DNA of 32,000 nucleotides from Breznakia blatticola (GCF_004365815.1 NZ_SODD01000008.1:35177-67176), one strand, 5' to 3'. Counted from the first letter of the stretch, positions 1 to 9,537 are shown. The notes: generated by a model not told the origin, from the sequence alone. Numbers and translations: made by a program.

Positions 1-708
1 CCAATTGATGTTCGACCAAAGTGTATTGCTTTAAATGGAGCGCAGTTCTATGATAATCAAGGCAATTGTTTAGTTGTAAATCCATTAGAACGTGATGCAA
101 TTGTTGAAATTCAAGCAATTCTTGACACATTTGGACTTTCTCCTGACTATTATGCTACAGAAGGTCGTTATGCATTTTATGAAGGTGATGATTTTATCGG
201 TTATGTTCGTGAAAGAATTTTAAGATTATTTCATGGAGAAAAACAAGAAAACTTAGATGAAATCATTAAAAACTTTACAAAGGACTATCATGTTGAAAGT
301 AATCTTACAAATATTTTGGATTTAGAGATTTTAAAATTAGAAATTATTTGCACTGATGCACAAAATAAAATCGATGTACAAAAAGCACTTGAAGTAGTTC
401 AAGGTATTACCGTAACATCGTCACACGAATTGAACCTTGAAGTGAATGCTTTAGCAGCAACAAAAGGACATGCAATTCAACAAGTATGTGATGTGTATGG
501 GTATAAACCTGAAGAAGTACTCGTAGTTGGTGATGGCTTAAATGACATCTCAATGCTTGAGAAATTCGAGAATTCATATGCGATGGGACAGGCAAGTAAA
601 ACAGTTAAAAATGCTGCAAATTATGTAGCATTAAGCAATGAAGAAGATGGAATTGCAAAACTGATCTATAAAGTATTAGAAGACAATGAAAAAGAAGCAA
701 ATCAATAA
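1..708 (+). CDS. Cof-type HAD-IIB family hydrolase (5' partial, continues upstream of the window)
   Basis: Frame 1 is open from base 1; the ORF-track start at 316 is only an internal TTG. The C-terminal HAD motif GDGLNDISMLE...YAMGQA is typical of Cof/YbiV-type sugar-phosphatases. Confidence 0.8.
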   Translation, partial: PIDVRPKCIALNGAQFYDNQGNCLVVNPLERDAIVEIQAILDTFGLSPDYYATEGRYAFYEGDDFIGYVRERILRLFHGEKQENLDEIIKNFTKDYHVESNLTNILDLEILKLEIICTDAQNKIDVQKALEVVQGITVTSSHELNLEVNALAATKGHAIQQVCDVYGYKPEEVLVVGDGLNDISMLEKFENSYAMGQASKTVKNAANYVALSNEEDGIAKLIYKVLEDNEKEANQ

Positions 709-734
709 TGTGATATGATACGCTTCTTTTTTTA

Positions 735-1619
735 CTATTTTGCTTCCCAACGTCCGTAGATTCCACATGGCAAAACTTGATTTGTATATGTGATTGGTAA
801 TCCAATTTCACCACAAGTAACTTGACCTTGGCCTTGTTGCTTTTTCACGGTTAAGTGTAAAACATTTTCTAGTACAGTTGCCCCTAATCCGGTTGTATAC
901 GAGTTTACTAGGAAAAATAATGCATCTTTATCTAAGATATCTAGACAAGCAGAGATTAGTGGATACAATTGTTCTTCAATTTTCCACATTTCACCATTTG
1001 GTCCTCTTCCATAACTTGGTGGATCCATAATAATTGCGTGATATGTACGTCCACGTCTTGCTTCGCGTTTTACGAACTTGACACAGTCTTCAACAATAAA
1101 ACGAATTTTCTTATCTGTTAGATGACTGAGTTGCATATTTTCTTTTGCCCAGTTGACCATTCCTTTTGATGCATCAACGTGAACTACTTCACTTGCGCCT
1201 GCACTGGCACATGCAAGAGTTGCTCCACCAGTATAAGCAAATAGATTTAAAACTCGAATGTCATCACGTCCACTATTTCTAATTGTATCCATCATATAGT
1301 CCCAGTTTGCTGCTTGCTCAGGGAATAAACCTGTGTGTTTAAATCCTGTAGGGCTAACTTTGAAAGTCAGTTCTTTATATGAAATTGTCCAATGTTCAGG
1401 AACTTTCTTGATAAACTCCCAATGACCACCGCCAGATTTTGAGCGATGATAATGCGCGTCAACTTTTCTCCACATAGAGTTTGACGTATCGACTGGCCAT
1501 ATAACTTGAGGATCTGGACGACGTAAAATCACGTTCTTCCAACGCTCTAATTTTTCTCCATTTCCACAATCTATACATTCATAATCTTTCCAGTTATTTG
1601 CTATTAATTTCATAGACAC
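735..1619 (-). CDS. Class I SAM-dependent methyltransferase (RlmI/YccW-type catalytic domain, no PUA domain)
   Basis: 294 aa ORF. SAM-binding motif VLNLFAYTGGATLACASAGASEVVHVDAS and downstream IIMDPPSYG (DPP-type motif IV). Confidence 0.7.
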   Translation of the reverse strand: MSMKLIANNWKDYECIDCGNGEKLERWKNVILRRPDPQVIWPVDTSNSMWRKVDAHYHRSKSGGGHWEFIKKVPEHWTISYKELTFKVSPTGFKHTGLFPEQAANWDYMMDTIRNSGRDDIRVLNLFAYTGGATLACASAGASEVVHVDASKGMVNWAKENMQLSHLTDKKIRFIVEDCVKFVKREARRGRTYHAIIMDPPSYGRGPNGEMWKIEEQLYPLISACLDILDKDALFFLVNSYTTGLGATVLENVLHLTVKKQQGQGQVTCGEIGLPITYTNQVLPCGIYGRWEAK

Positions 1620-1667
1620 CTCATAATTTCTTTTCCTATTATACCATGGTGTGCAATTGTTTAAAAA

Positions 1668-1699
1668 AGGAATCTACATTATTTGATTTATGGTATAAT
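1668..1699 (+). promoter_or_regulatory. Extended -10 promoter (TGGTATAAT) for the lipoprotein gene
   Basis: tggtataat at 1691-1699 lies about 25 nt upstream of the AGGAGG RBS at 1714-1719. Confidence 0.45.
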
Positions 1700-1723
1700 G
1701 TTTTGGTATATGCAGGAGGCACT

Positions 1724-2362
1724 ATGAAAAAACTTGGAAAATTATTTCTTGTCGCAATGCTGATTACTTTGGTCGCATGTGGTGGATCAAAGAATGATGA
1801 AGTAGAAGTGGCAAAGACACAAATAAAAACAAATGAAGTATATGAAGCACCAAAAAATGCATTTGAATATCAAGTGGTAACTTACAATGAATTAACAGAT
1901 GCACTTAAATCAAATGATGAAGAAAAAATTGCAAATTTAGTTGCACAAAACTTTGCGATTGATTTCTTTAGTTTAAAAAATAAAGAAAGTTCAGAAGATG
2001 TTGGTGGATTAACATACATCCCTGAAGATCGTCGTGAGGAATGGAAGACGTTTGCCATGAACTACGTATATGCAAATTACCGTTTCATCAGTGATGATTA
2101 TGGAAAAGCAAACTTACCAGTCGTAAGTGAAGCGAAAGTAACAAATACGACTACAGAAGCATTAAGTTATACAGTTACAGTTCCTGGAAATGAAGCTGAA
2201 GGAACAACAGATACGGTAGAAACACAAGATTTTGATGCATATGTTGTTACAATTTCAATTTCATATGAAGATACAAGTGTAAAAGCTGATGAATTGAAAA
2301 GTGAAGCAACGATTTATGTCATCAACAACAATGGTCGCTTAGAAATTATCAAACTTCAATAA
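1724..2362 (+). CDS. Lipoprotein of unknown function
   Basis: ATG at 1724 is preceded by AGGAGG. The N-terminus MKKLGKLFLVAMLITLVACGG has a lipobox (LVAC). The ORF-track start at 1646 lacks an RBS. Confidence 0.75.
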   Translation: MKKLGKLFLVAMLITLVACGGSKNDEVEVAKTQIKTNEVYEAPKNAFEYQVVTYNELTDALKSNDEEKIANLVAQNFAIDFFSLKNKESSEDVGGLTYIPEDRREEWKTFAMNYVYANYRFISDDYGKANLPVVSEAKVTNTTTEALSYTVTVPGNEAEGTTDTVETQDFDAYVVTISISYEDTSVKADELKSEATIYVINNNGRLEIIKLQ

Positions 2363-2363
2363 T

Positions 2364-2822
2364 ATGGATGTATGTCTAATTGAAGATGTAAAACAAAAAG
2401 AAACTATTGCGCGTGCGGTGTTAGAGCGGTTAGAGACTTGGTTTGGTATAGAAAGTTCACGTGAAAATTATATCGAGCAAACACGTAATGAAATTTGTTT
2501 TGTAGTATTTGAAACAAATAAACCAGTTGGTTTTATTAGTTTGAAAAAAACAAGCGAAGTAACTTTAGAAGTAACAGTAATGGGTGTTTATATCGATAAA
2601 CAACGAAAAGGATATGGTCATGCTTTACTTCAACAAGCAGAAATCTATGCAAAAAATCATGGATACAAAATGCTTCAAGTAAAAACAGTCGCAAGTGGAC
2701 ATTATGCATCGTATGATCAAACGAATTTGTTTTACCAAAAGGAAGGTTTTCTACCAGTAGAGATATTTCCAACCTTATGGGATGCTCATAATCCTTGCCA
2801 ACTCTATGTAAAATGTATATAA
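2364..2822 (+). CDS. GNAT family N-acetyltransferase
   Basis: 152 aa with an acetyl-CoA motif region VYIDKQRKGYGHALLQQAE (Q/RxxGxG/A). Confidence 0.75.
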   Translation: MDVCLIEDVKQKETIARAVLERLETWFGIESSRENYIEQTRNEICFVVFETNKPVGFISLKKTSEVTLEVTVMGVYIDKQRKGYGHALLQQAEIYAKNHGYKMLQVKTVASGHYASYDQTNLFYQKEGFLPVEIFPTLWDAHNPCQLYVKCI

Positions 2823-2850
2823 AAAAAGGAACTCGTAAGTTCCTTTTTTT
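2821..2850. terminator. Bidirectional intrinsic terminator between convergent genes
   Basis: AAAGGAACT-cgta-AGTTCCTTT, flanked by an A-run and a T-run. Confidence 0.7.
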
Positions 2851-3691
2851 AGAAGTTTGCTGTATCTGGATCTGTGTTAGAGTTTGTATCCTCATAAGGT
2901 AATGCGTCGATATAATTCATGTCTTCTGTTGTGATATCAAAATCAAAGACATCTAAGTTAGAGGCAATACGCTCTGGATTTGTTGAACGAGGTAGTGGCA
3001 AGAAGTCATGTTGTAAGTGCCAACGTAAAAGTAATTGTCCAACATTTTTATTGTATTTTGCAGCTAATTCCACGATTTCTTTTTTCTGAATCAAATCACC
3101 GCTTGCTAATGGGCTCCAAGCTTCAATTAGAATTTCATGTTCACGGCAATACGCTACCGTTTCTTTATGTAATTGACCAGGGTGTAATTCAATTTGATTC
3201 ACCATTGGTGCAATTTCCATTGTTTTCTCTAATTCTTGCAGATGGTGTGGTAAGAAGTTTGATACTCCAATTGCACGCACCTTTCCTTCTTTATATAAGT
3301 ATTCCATCGCTTTCCATGAAGCAGCATTCATCGCTTGCCAGTTCTCACGATATTTTACTGGGTTTGGCCAGTGAATTAAATATAAATCAATATAGTCTAC
3401 ACCTAGTTTTTCTAGTGAAGTGTTAAATGCATCCAGTGTTTCGTCATAACCGCGTACGTCGTTCCATAGTTTTGTTGTGATGAATAGACTTTCACGATCT
3501 ACATTTGCATCACGAATGGCTTCACCAACGAACTCTTCATTGGCATACACTGCAGATGTATCAATATGTGTATATCCTGCTTTAATTGCTTCTTTCACGC
3601 TTGGATAAGCGAGTTCTCTTGTGTTTAATTTCCAAGTACCAAATCCAATTCTTGGAATTTCAACACCATTTTTTAATGTATAGTTTTGCAT
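2849..3691 (-). CDS. Aldo/keto reductase (YvgN/YtbE, 2,5-diketo-D-gluconate reductase-like)
   Basis: 280 aa with GFGTW, HIDTSAVYANEE, LYLIHWP and IEAWSPL motifs of the AKR superfamily. Confidence 0.9.
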   Translation of the reverse strand: MQNYTLKNGVEIPRIGFGTWKLNTRELAYPSVKEAIKAGYTHIDTSAVYANEEFVGEAIRDANVDRESLFITTKLWNDVRGYDETLDAFNTSLEKLGVDYIDLYLIHWPNPVKYRENWQAMNAASWKAMEYLYKEGKVRAIGVSNFLPHHLQELEKTMEIAPMVNQIELHPGQLHKETVAYCREHEILIEAWSPLASGDLIQKKEIVELAAKYNKNVGQLLLRWHLQHDFLPLPRSTNPERIASNLDVFDFDITTEDMNYIDALPYEDTNSNTDPDTANF

Positions 3692-3702
3692 AATTTTCTC
3701 CT

Positions 3703-4215
3703 TTAGTATGTATTGTGATGCACGATTGCATCAATTTCGCGTCTTGGACGTTTTGCATATGGTTCATTTGCATATCCTAGAGGCATAAGGGCAACAACTT
3801 TATAAGTTTCTGGAATGTTTAGTAAGGTTTTTACTTCTTCTTCAGGGAATACACCAACCCAGCAAGTACCTAATCCTTGATTTGTTGCTTCTAGGCTTGC
3901 GTGCGTAATTGCGATTGCTGTATCTGCCATGTAGTATGGTTTTTCATCACGTAGTCCACTACTGTCTGGTCGAGCAATGAATACAAGGTTATGTGAACAC
4001 ATCGTATAGGCACTTTCACTTGGGTTATAGCGCACAAGGGCACCTAGTTTTTCTAATGTTTGACGATCATCAACCACAATCACTTCAAAGCATTGTTTGT
4101 TTTTCCAAGTTGGAGCACTTTGAATTGCATGAAGAACTTCTTGTAACTTTTCATCTTCTACAACTTTGTCGTGATATTTTCGAATACTACAACGTTTATT
4201 AAAAACTTCTAACAT
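3703..4215 (-). CDS. Nitroreductase family protein
   Basis: 170 aa. The N-terminus RCSIRKY...SAPTWKNKQ and the later GLGTCWVG are typical of FMN nitroreductases. Confidence 0.85.
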   Translation of the reverse strand: MLEVFNKRCSIRKYHDKVVEDEKLQEVLHAIQSAPTWKNKQCFEVIVVDDRQTLEKLGALVRYNPSESAYTMCSHNLVFIARPDSSGLRDEKPYYMADTAIAITHASLEATNQGLGTCWVGVFPEEEVKTLLNIPETYKVVALMPLGYANEPYAKRPRREIDAIVHHNTY

Positions 4216-4298
4216 TATGAATCCTCCTTAACTATGTACATTATAAGACAATTTATTAAAAATGAAAAACATATGCAACTTTATGATACAATACGGAC

Positions 4299-6512
4299 AT
4301 GAAAAAAATTGAGTTATTGGCACCAGCCGGAAATAAAGAAAGTGCGATTGCTGCCATTCAAAATGGAGCAGATGCTTTATATTTAAGTGGAGAATTGTTT
4401 GGGGCAAGAGCCTTTGCGGCAAACTTTTCAATGGATGAAATACGCGAAATGGTTCAGTATGCGCATGCATATGGATGTAAAATTTATATAACTGTTAATA
4501 CACTAATTTACCAACATGAATTCCACAACGTGATGCATTACATTGATGATTTATATCATGCGCAAGTAGATGCTTGTATTGTGCAAGATTTAGGCTTACT
4601 TTATGCAATACGTAAAACATATCCTGATTTTGAAGTGCATGCTTCTACACAAATGCATATATACAATCATGAAGCATTAGCCTTTTTGCATAGTCAAGGT
4701 GTTAGCCGTGCAGTACTCGCCCGTGAGACTTCATATAAGCAAATGTTAAGCTATAGAGACATAGATATAGAAAAAGAAGTATTTGTGCATGGAGCACTTT
4801 GTATTTCATTTTCAGGACAATGTCTATTTTCTGCGCTTCATATGCATCGTAGTGGAAATCGTGGAATGTGTGCGCAAAATTGTCGTATGCTATATCGCTT
4901 ATATGAAAATGGAACGATGGTACACGATTATGCATATTTACTAAGTCCAAAAGATAACTTTTTATTAGAAGATATTGACCAGTTAAAAAATGCCGAAGTG
5001 CATTCACTGAAAATTGAAGGTCGAATGAAAAGTCCACAATATGTTGCATATACAACGATGTTGTATCGTCAAGCAATTGATCAAGAACATTTCAAGATAC
5101 GAGATGATCAATTGGACCAGTTGAAGGTATTGTTTAATCGTCATTACACAAAAGCTCATTTTCATGAAAAGAATGATAAGCAAATGATGAATCACGAAAG
5201 ACCAAATCATGTCGGTATTCCTTTAGGTAAAGTTGTATATATTCGCAACAATCGTATTGGAATTTCACTAGTTGCAGATATTAAACAACATGACGGGATT
5301 CGTTTTCTAAATGAAAGTAATGATGGATTTACACTGAATCGAATTTATGTACAAGACTTACTAGTCAATGGTGCCAATAAAGGAGATGTAATCGAGATTG
5401 ATAAAGGAAAACTTTCCGTTAAAGTTGGCTGTGAAGTAGTTAAGACAAAGGATGTGCAACTTGAAGCAACAATTAGTCAAAGTTATCAACACCTAAAACG
5501 AAAAGTAGATGTGTATGCAAAAGTGAAATTACGCATTGGTAAACCTTTAGAAATAACTGTCAGTGATGGTATCCATGAAGTGCAAAAAGTAAGTGATTGT
5601 AATATTGATAAAGCACAAAAGCGTCCAGTTGAAGCAGCAGATATTCAAAAACGTATCGATAAAACCAACGATACAATATTTGCCTTTAAACAAATTGAAG
5701 TAGAAAAAGATGATGATATTTTCTTACCTTTACAGCAAATTAATGCTTTACGTCGACAAGCATTGGATGCACTTTATGATTTGCGGGTACAAGATTTCAC
5801 ACGTAAACATGTACAATTTGCATGTGCACCTATCAAGGACACATTTGAAAGTTTTTCACTTGAACTTACGGTACTAAACGAGGAACAATTACTTGCATGT
5901 AAAGATGTAAAAGCTAGCCTATTCACAAGCAATTATGAGTTGTATAAAACCTACAAAGATCAAATGCCTGTTATGTATCGCCAGAGCAATGTTGTAAGTA
6001 CACAATGTGATGAAGCTAAGATGGTCGGGGATATCGGAGGTCTAAATCAAGGAAAAATCATTGATGAAAGTCTTAATGTATCCAACAGTGAATCTTTGGC
6101 ATATTTACAATCGATGCAAAATCAACATATTTATGTGTCACGCGAATTGACGCATGAAGCAATTTTTGATCTTGTTCAAGACTTTCAAAAGACATATCAC
6201 TTTTTACCGAATATAGGTGTTGTTCTTTATGGAAAAGCAAAAGTGATGCATATCAAAACCAATATTATCAAAGCAGCAATTTCAAGGACAAATGTAAATG
6301 CGCAATATTATTTAGAGGATTTACATAAGCATCGATATTATCTTCAAGAAGATAAAGATGGCTACATTTCCATCTATCAAGATATGCCAAAAGATGAAAT
6401 TGCAAATATTGATCAATACAAGCAAATGGGAATTGAACACTTTCGACTTGATTTTACAGATGAATCAGAAAAAGAAGTTAAAGCGATTCTTGCAAAAATT
6501 CCAAATTATTAG
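4299..6512 (+). CDS. Peptidase U32 family protein (long form with C-terminal extension)
   Basis: 737 aa. N-terminus MKKIELLAPAGN...GADALYLSG, and EVFVHGALCISFSGQCLFS...SGNRGMCAQNCR is the U32 signature. Confidence 0.9.
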   Translation: MKKIELLAPAGNKESAIAAIQNGADALYLSGELFGARAFAANFSMDEIREMVQYAHAYGCKIYITVNTLIYQHEFHNVMHYIDDLYHAQVDACIVQDLGLLYAIRKTYPDFEVHASTQMHIYNHEALAFLHSQGVSRAVLARETSYKQMLSYRDIDIEKEVFVHGALCISFSGQCLFSALHMHRSGNRGMCAQNCRMLYRLYENGTMVHDYAYLLSPKDNFLLEDIDQLKNAEVHSLKIEGRMKSPQYVAYTTMLYRQAIDQEHFKIRDDQLDQLKVLFNRHYTKAHFHEKNDKQMMNHERPNHVGIPLGKVVYIRNNRIGISLVADIKQHDGIRFLNESNDGFTLNRIYVQDLLVNGANKGDVIEIDKGKLSVKVGCEVVKTKDVQLEATISQSYQHLKRKVDVYAKVKLRIGKPLEITVSDGIHEVQKVSDCNIDKAQKRPVEAADIQKRIDKTNDTIFAFKQIEVEKDDDIFLPLQQINALRRQALDALYDLRVQDFTRKHVQFACAPIKDTFESFSLELTVLNEEQLLACKDVKASLFTSNYELYKTYKDQMPVMYRQSNVVSTQCDEAKMVGDIGGLNQGKIIDESLNVSNSESLAYLQSMQNQHIYVSRELTHEAIFDLVQDFQKTYHFLPNIGVVLYGKAKVMHIKTNIIKAAISRTNVNAQYYLEDLHKHRYYLQEDKDGYISIYQDMPKDEIANIDQYKQMGIEHFRLDFTDESEKEVKAILAKIPNY

Positions 6513-6520
6513 CAGATACT

Positions 6521-6550
6521 ACCACATGGATGCGCATGTGGTTTTTATTT
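6521..6550 (+). terminator. Intrinsic terminator after the U32 gene
   Basis: ACCACATG-gatgcg-CATGTGGT followed by TTTTTATTT. Confidence 0.7.
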
Positions 6551-6582
6551 GCTATATTAATTTCAAGAGAGGGGTGATGAGT

Positions 6583-6648
6583 ATGCAAAACATTCAAGGA
6601 TCAGTAAGTGAAGAAATCATCATCCCAATTTTTTTGTTTGTTTCATGA
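6583..6648 (+). CDS. Candidate 21-codon sORF / leader peptide (MQNIQGSVSEEIIIPIFLFVS)
   Basis: GAGGGG Shine-Dalgarno 8 nt upstream of the ATG at 6583. The stop codon abuts the next terminator stem. It is below the size cut-off of the ORF track as an independent gene. Confidence 0.35.
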   Translation: MQNIQGSVSEEIIIPIFLFVS

Positions 6649-6671
6649 TGCGAAGAGAATTCGCATTTTTT
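6648..6671 (+). terminator. Second intrinsic terminator (possible attenuator) immediately upstream of the ankyrin gene RBS
   Basis: ATGCGAA-gagaa-TTCGCAT followed by TTTTTT. Only about 24 nt separate the T-run from the ATG at 6695. Confidence 0.65.
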
Positions 6672-6694
6672 AGTGAATGAAAGGAAGTGTTGAA

Positions 6695-7363
6695 ATGGAC
6701 GAGCAAATGAAAATCCTGTGGAACACAGGAGCTACGGGGGATGTAACTACACTAGTTGCCCAAATTAAAAAGGGATTGGATATTAATTATCAAAATCCAG
6801 AAGGAAGAACCATTCTCATGCGTGCTGCTAAAAGAGATTATAAAGATGTCGTACGAATTTTAATTGATAATGGTGCAGATGTAAATTTAAGAGACAATCA
6901 AGGAAGAACTGCATTGATGGGAGCAGCAAAAAAAGGTAATAAGACCATCGTAAAGAAATTAATGGAAGCAGGAGCGGATATTAATATTCAAGATTGCAAG
7001 GGACGCACAGCATTGATGCGTGCAGCATTCTTGGGGTATGATCGTGTAATTCGTGAATTATTGAAAGGTGATTTAATGCTCGATTTACGTGATGAAAAAG
7101 GAAGAACCGCATTAATGGAAGCATGTCTAGCGTATAAACAAGATGCAATTGATTTATTGCTAGTGGCAAAAGCAGATGTAAACTTACAAGATAATAATGG
7201 TTGTACTGCATTAATGCGCGCAGCATATGCTGGATATGCAGGATTAGTTGAAAAATTACTTGATTATGGTGCAGATAAAAATATTGAAGATGAAGATGGA
7301 AAGAAAGCCATCAATTATGTTCGAGAGTCATTAAAAAGTGAACTTGAACCGTTATTAGGATAG
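6695..7363 (+). CDS. Ankyrin-repeat protein (about 6 ANK repeats, cytoplasmic)
   Basis: 33-aa periodic G(R)TALM.AA..G....V..L...GAD.N..D repeated about six times. The ATG at 6695 has an AGGAAG RBS 7 nt upstream; the ATG at 6677 has none. Confidence 0.85.
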   Translation: MDEQMKILWNTGATGDVTTLVAQIKKGLDINYQNPEGRTILMRAAKRDYKDVVRILIDNGADVNLRDNQGRTALMGAAKKGNKTIVKKLMEAGADINIQDCKGRTALMRAAFLGYDRVIRELLKGDLMLDLRDEKGRTALMEACLAYKQDAIDLLLVAKADVNLQDNNGCTALMRAAYAGYAGLVEKLLDYGADKNIEDEDGKKAINYVRESLKSELEPLLG

Positions 7364-7374
7364 GGGGACAAAGT

Positions 7375-9459
7375 ATGAGAGATTATAAATCAAGTGAAAT
7401 ACGTAATGTCGCCGTGTTAGGACATAGTGGTTCAGGAAAGACTTCTATTTTAGAAGCGATGCTTTATTTTACAAAAGCAAGTGATCGTTTTGGAAAAACA
7501 AGTGAAGGAAGTTCACTTATTGATTATGACAGTGAAGAAATTGCGAGAGGAATGTCGATTTATACATCGATTGTTCCAATTGAGTGGCAAGATTATAAAA
7601 TTAACTTCTTAGATACTCCAGGATATCTAGATTATATTGGAGAACAAGAAGCAGCAATGGAAGTTTGTGATAATGCATTAATTATTGTGAGTGCAAAAGA
7701 TAAAGTACAACCAGGAACGATTAATGCGTGGGAAGCTGCAAAGGATAAAAAGATTCCAGCAATTTTCTTTATTAACAAACTAGATGAAGATCATACATCA
7801 TTTGATGAAACATACAATGCATTGCGTGATACATTTGGGAAAAGTGTTATTCCTTTTGAGATGCCAATTTTAGAAAATGGAGAAGTAATTGGTTCAATTA
7901 ACATTTTAAGAGATAAAGTGTGGTACTTTAAAGGTGAAAAGGCTAGTCGTGATACAGCATATGATGTACCTGATGACTATCGTGAAATCGTTGATACATA
8001 TAAAGCACAAATTGCAGAAACTGTAGCAATGGGTGATGATGAATTGATGGAAAAATACTTTAGTGGAGAAGAATTCACTGAAGCACAACTTACAAAAGGT
8101 GTTCGTATTGGTGTTCGTAATGGGGATATTGTTCCTGTATTTAGTGGTTCAGCAACGTTATCAGTTGGTATTGAACGTTTAATGGACCTTATTGTGAAGT
8201 ATTTTCCAACGTATGGTGAGCAAGGTACAATTGTTCTGACTGACACAAAAACAAATGAATTAGTGGAACTACAAACAGCAGAAGATGAAGCGTTAAGCGC
8301 ACTTGTATTTAAAACAATTGTTGACCCATTTGTTGGTAAAATTTCGTTCTTAAAGGTGTTAAGTGGTACACTGACAAGTGATACGGCAGTATACAACCCG
8401 AAAAAAGATGAAATGGAGAAAATCTCACAAATCTTTATTATCAAAGGAAAGCACCAAACTGCTGTAGGAAAACTATTTACAGGTGATATTGGAGCGGTAA
8501 GTAAATTACAATTTACACAAACGAATGATACACTTTGTGATAAAGGAAAACATTATGTGGCAGATCCAATACCATTTACAAAAGGACTACTTGGTCATGC
8601 AATTCGTCCAAAGACAAAAGCGGATGATGATAAAGTAAATGGAGCACTTCAAAAAGTACTCGAAGAAGATCAAACAACATGGATCGATAACAATAAAGAA
8701 ACGAAACAAATTGTTCTTTATGGAGTTGGAGAACAACACTTTGAAGTGATTGTTAATAAAATGAAAAATCGCTATAAAGTCGATGTTGAATTAAGTGATC
8801 CAAAAGTACAATATCGTGAAACGATTAAAAAGAAAGTGGAAGCCGAAGGTCGACACAAGAAACAATCTGGTGGTCATGGACAATTCGGACATGTATTTAT
8901 TGAATTCTTACCGAATCCAGATGAAGAAGAAATGGTTTTTGAGACACGAGTTGTTGGTGGAGCAGTGCCAAAAGGATATTTCCCAGCAGTTGAAACAGGG
9001 TTACGTGAAGCTATGGAAACTGGAGTACTGGCTGGATACAAAATGGTAAACACAAAAGCGGTTTTATATGATGGTAAATATCATGATGTCGATTCAAATG
9101 AATTATCATTTAAACTTGCTGCAAGTTTAGCTTATAAAGATGGTATTCCTAAAGCAAACCCAGTATTATTGGAACCAATTATGAGTTTGAGAATTTCAGT
9201 TCCTGATGAATACACAGGAAATGTAATTGGTGAAATCAATAAACGTAGAGGAATGATTATTTCGATGGATCTTGAAGGAGGAAAACAGGTAATTACAGCA
9301 ACTGCACCATTAGCAGAAATACTTGACTTCCCAACGATACTACGTGCTTGTACACAAGGTCGTGGACATTATACGCAAGAATTTGAACGCTATGATGAAA
9401 TACCAAATGCAATGAAAGATCAAATCATTGATAAGGCACGAAAAGCAAAAGAAGCATAA
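7375..9459 (+). CDS. EF-G paralogue, EF-G2-like translational GTPase
   Basis: 694 aa. G1 GHSGSGKT, G3 DTPGY (Tyr in place of the catalytic His of DTPGH), G4 NKLD. The domain IV region DGKYHDVDSNELSFKLAAS is EF-G-like. It is not in an rpsL-rpsG-fusA-tuf context. Confidence 0.85.
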   Translation: MRDYKSSEIRNVAVLGHSGSGKTSILEAMLYFTKASDRFGKTSEGSSLIDYDSEEIARGMSIYTSIVPIEWQDYKINFLDTPGYLDYIGEQEAAMEVCDNALIIVSAKDKVQPGTINAWEAAKDKKIPAIFFINKLDEDHTSFDETYNALRDTFGKSVIPFEMPILENGEVIGSINILRDKVWYFKGEKASRDTAYDVPDDYREIVDTYKAQIAETVAMGDDELMEKYFSGEEFTEAQLTKGVRIGVRNGDIVPVFSGSATLSVGIERLMDLIVKYFPTYGEQGTIVLTDTKTNELVELQTAEDEALSALVFKTIVDPFVGKISFLKVLSGTLTSDTAVYNPKKDEMEKISQIFIIKGKHQTAVGKLFTGDIGAVSKLQFTQTNDTLCDKGKHYVADPIPFTKGLLGHAIRPKTKADDDKVNGALQKVLEEDQTTWIDNNKETKQIVLYGVGEQHFEVIVNKMKNRYKVDVELSDPKVQYRETIKKKVEAEGRHKKQSGGHGQFGHVFIEFLPNPDEEEMVFETRVVGGAVPKGYFPAVETGLREAMETGVLAGYKMVNTKAVLYDGKYHDVDSNELSFKLAASLAYKDGIPKANPVLLEPIMSLRISVPDEYTGNVIGEINKRRGMIISMDLEGGKQVITATAPLAEILDFPTILRACTQGRGHYTQEFERYDEIPNAMKDQIIDKARKAKEA

Positions 9460-9467
9460 GAGAAATG

Positions 9468-9496
9468 ACCGGTAGTTTTTAACTATCGGTTTTCTT
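9468..9496 (+). terminator. Intrinsic terminator after the EF-G2-like gene
   Basis: ACCGGTAG-tttttaa-CTATCGGT followed by TTTCTT. Confidence 0.7.
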
Positions 9497-9537
9497 GCAT
9501 ATCAATATTGAATATTACGTGAAGTGTATGATTGCAA

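Noticed and set aside
709-734. Possible terminator between the HAD and methyltransferase genes (AGAAGC...GCTTCT + T7).
   Set aside because: It is a 6-bp stem with a loop of about 23 nt, and its 5' arm lies inside the HAD coding sequence. It is too weak to call.
6358-6648. 96-aa ORF overlapping the 3' end of the U32 gene and running into the intergenic region.
   Set aside because: Its upstream two thirds is an out-of-frame overlap with U32 and crosses the U32 terminator. Only the last 21 codons, which have their own SD, are plausible, and they are reported separately as an sORF.
7375-9459. EF-G-like gene considered as a Tet(M)/Tet(O)-type ribosomal protection protein or a FusB-type resistance determinant.
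   Set aside because: The G1 and G3 motifs (GHSGSGKT, DTPGY) and the EF-G-like domain IV fit the EF-G2 paralogue class and not the Tet RPPs (AHVDAGKT). FusB-type proteins are unrelated small proteins. No mobile-element context is present.
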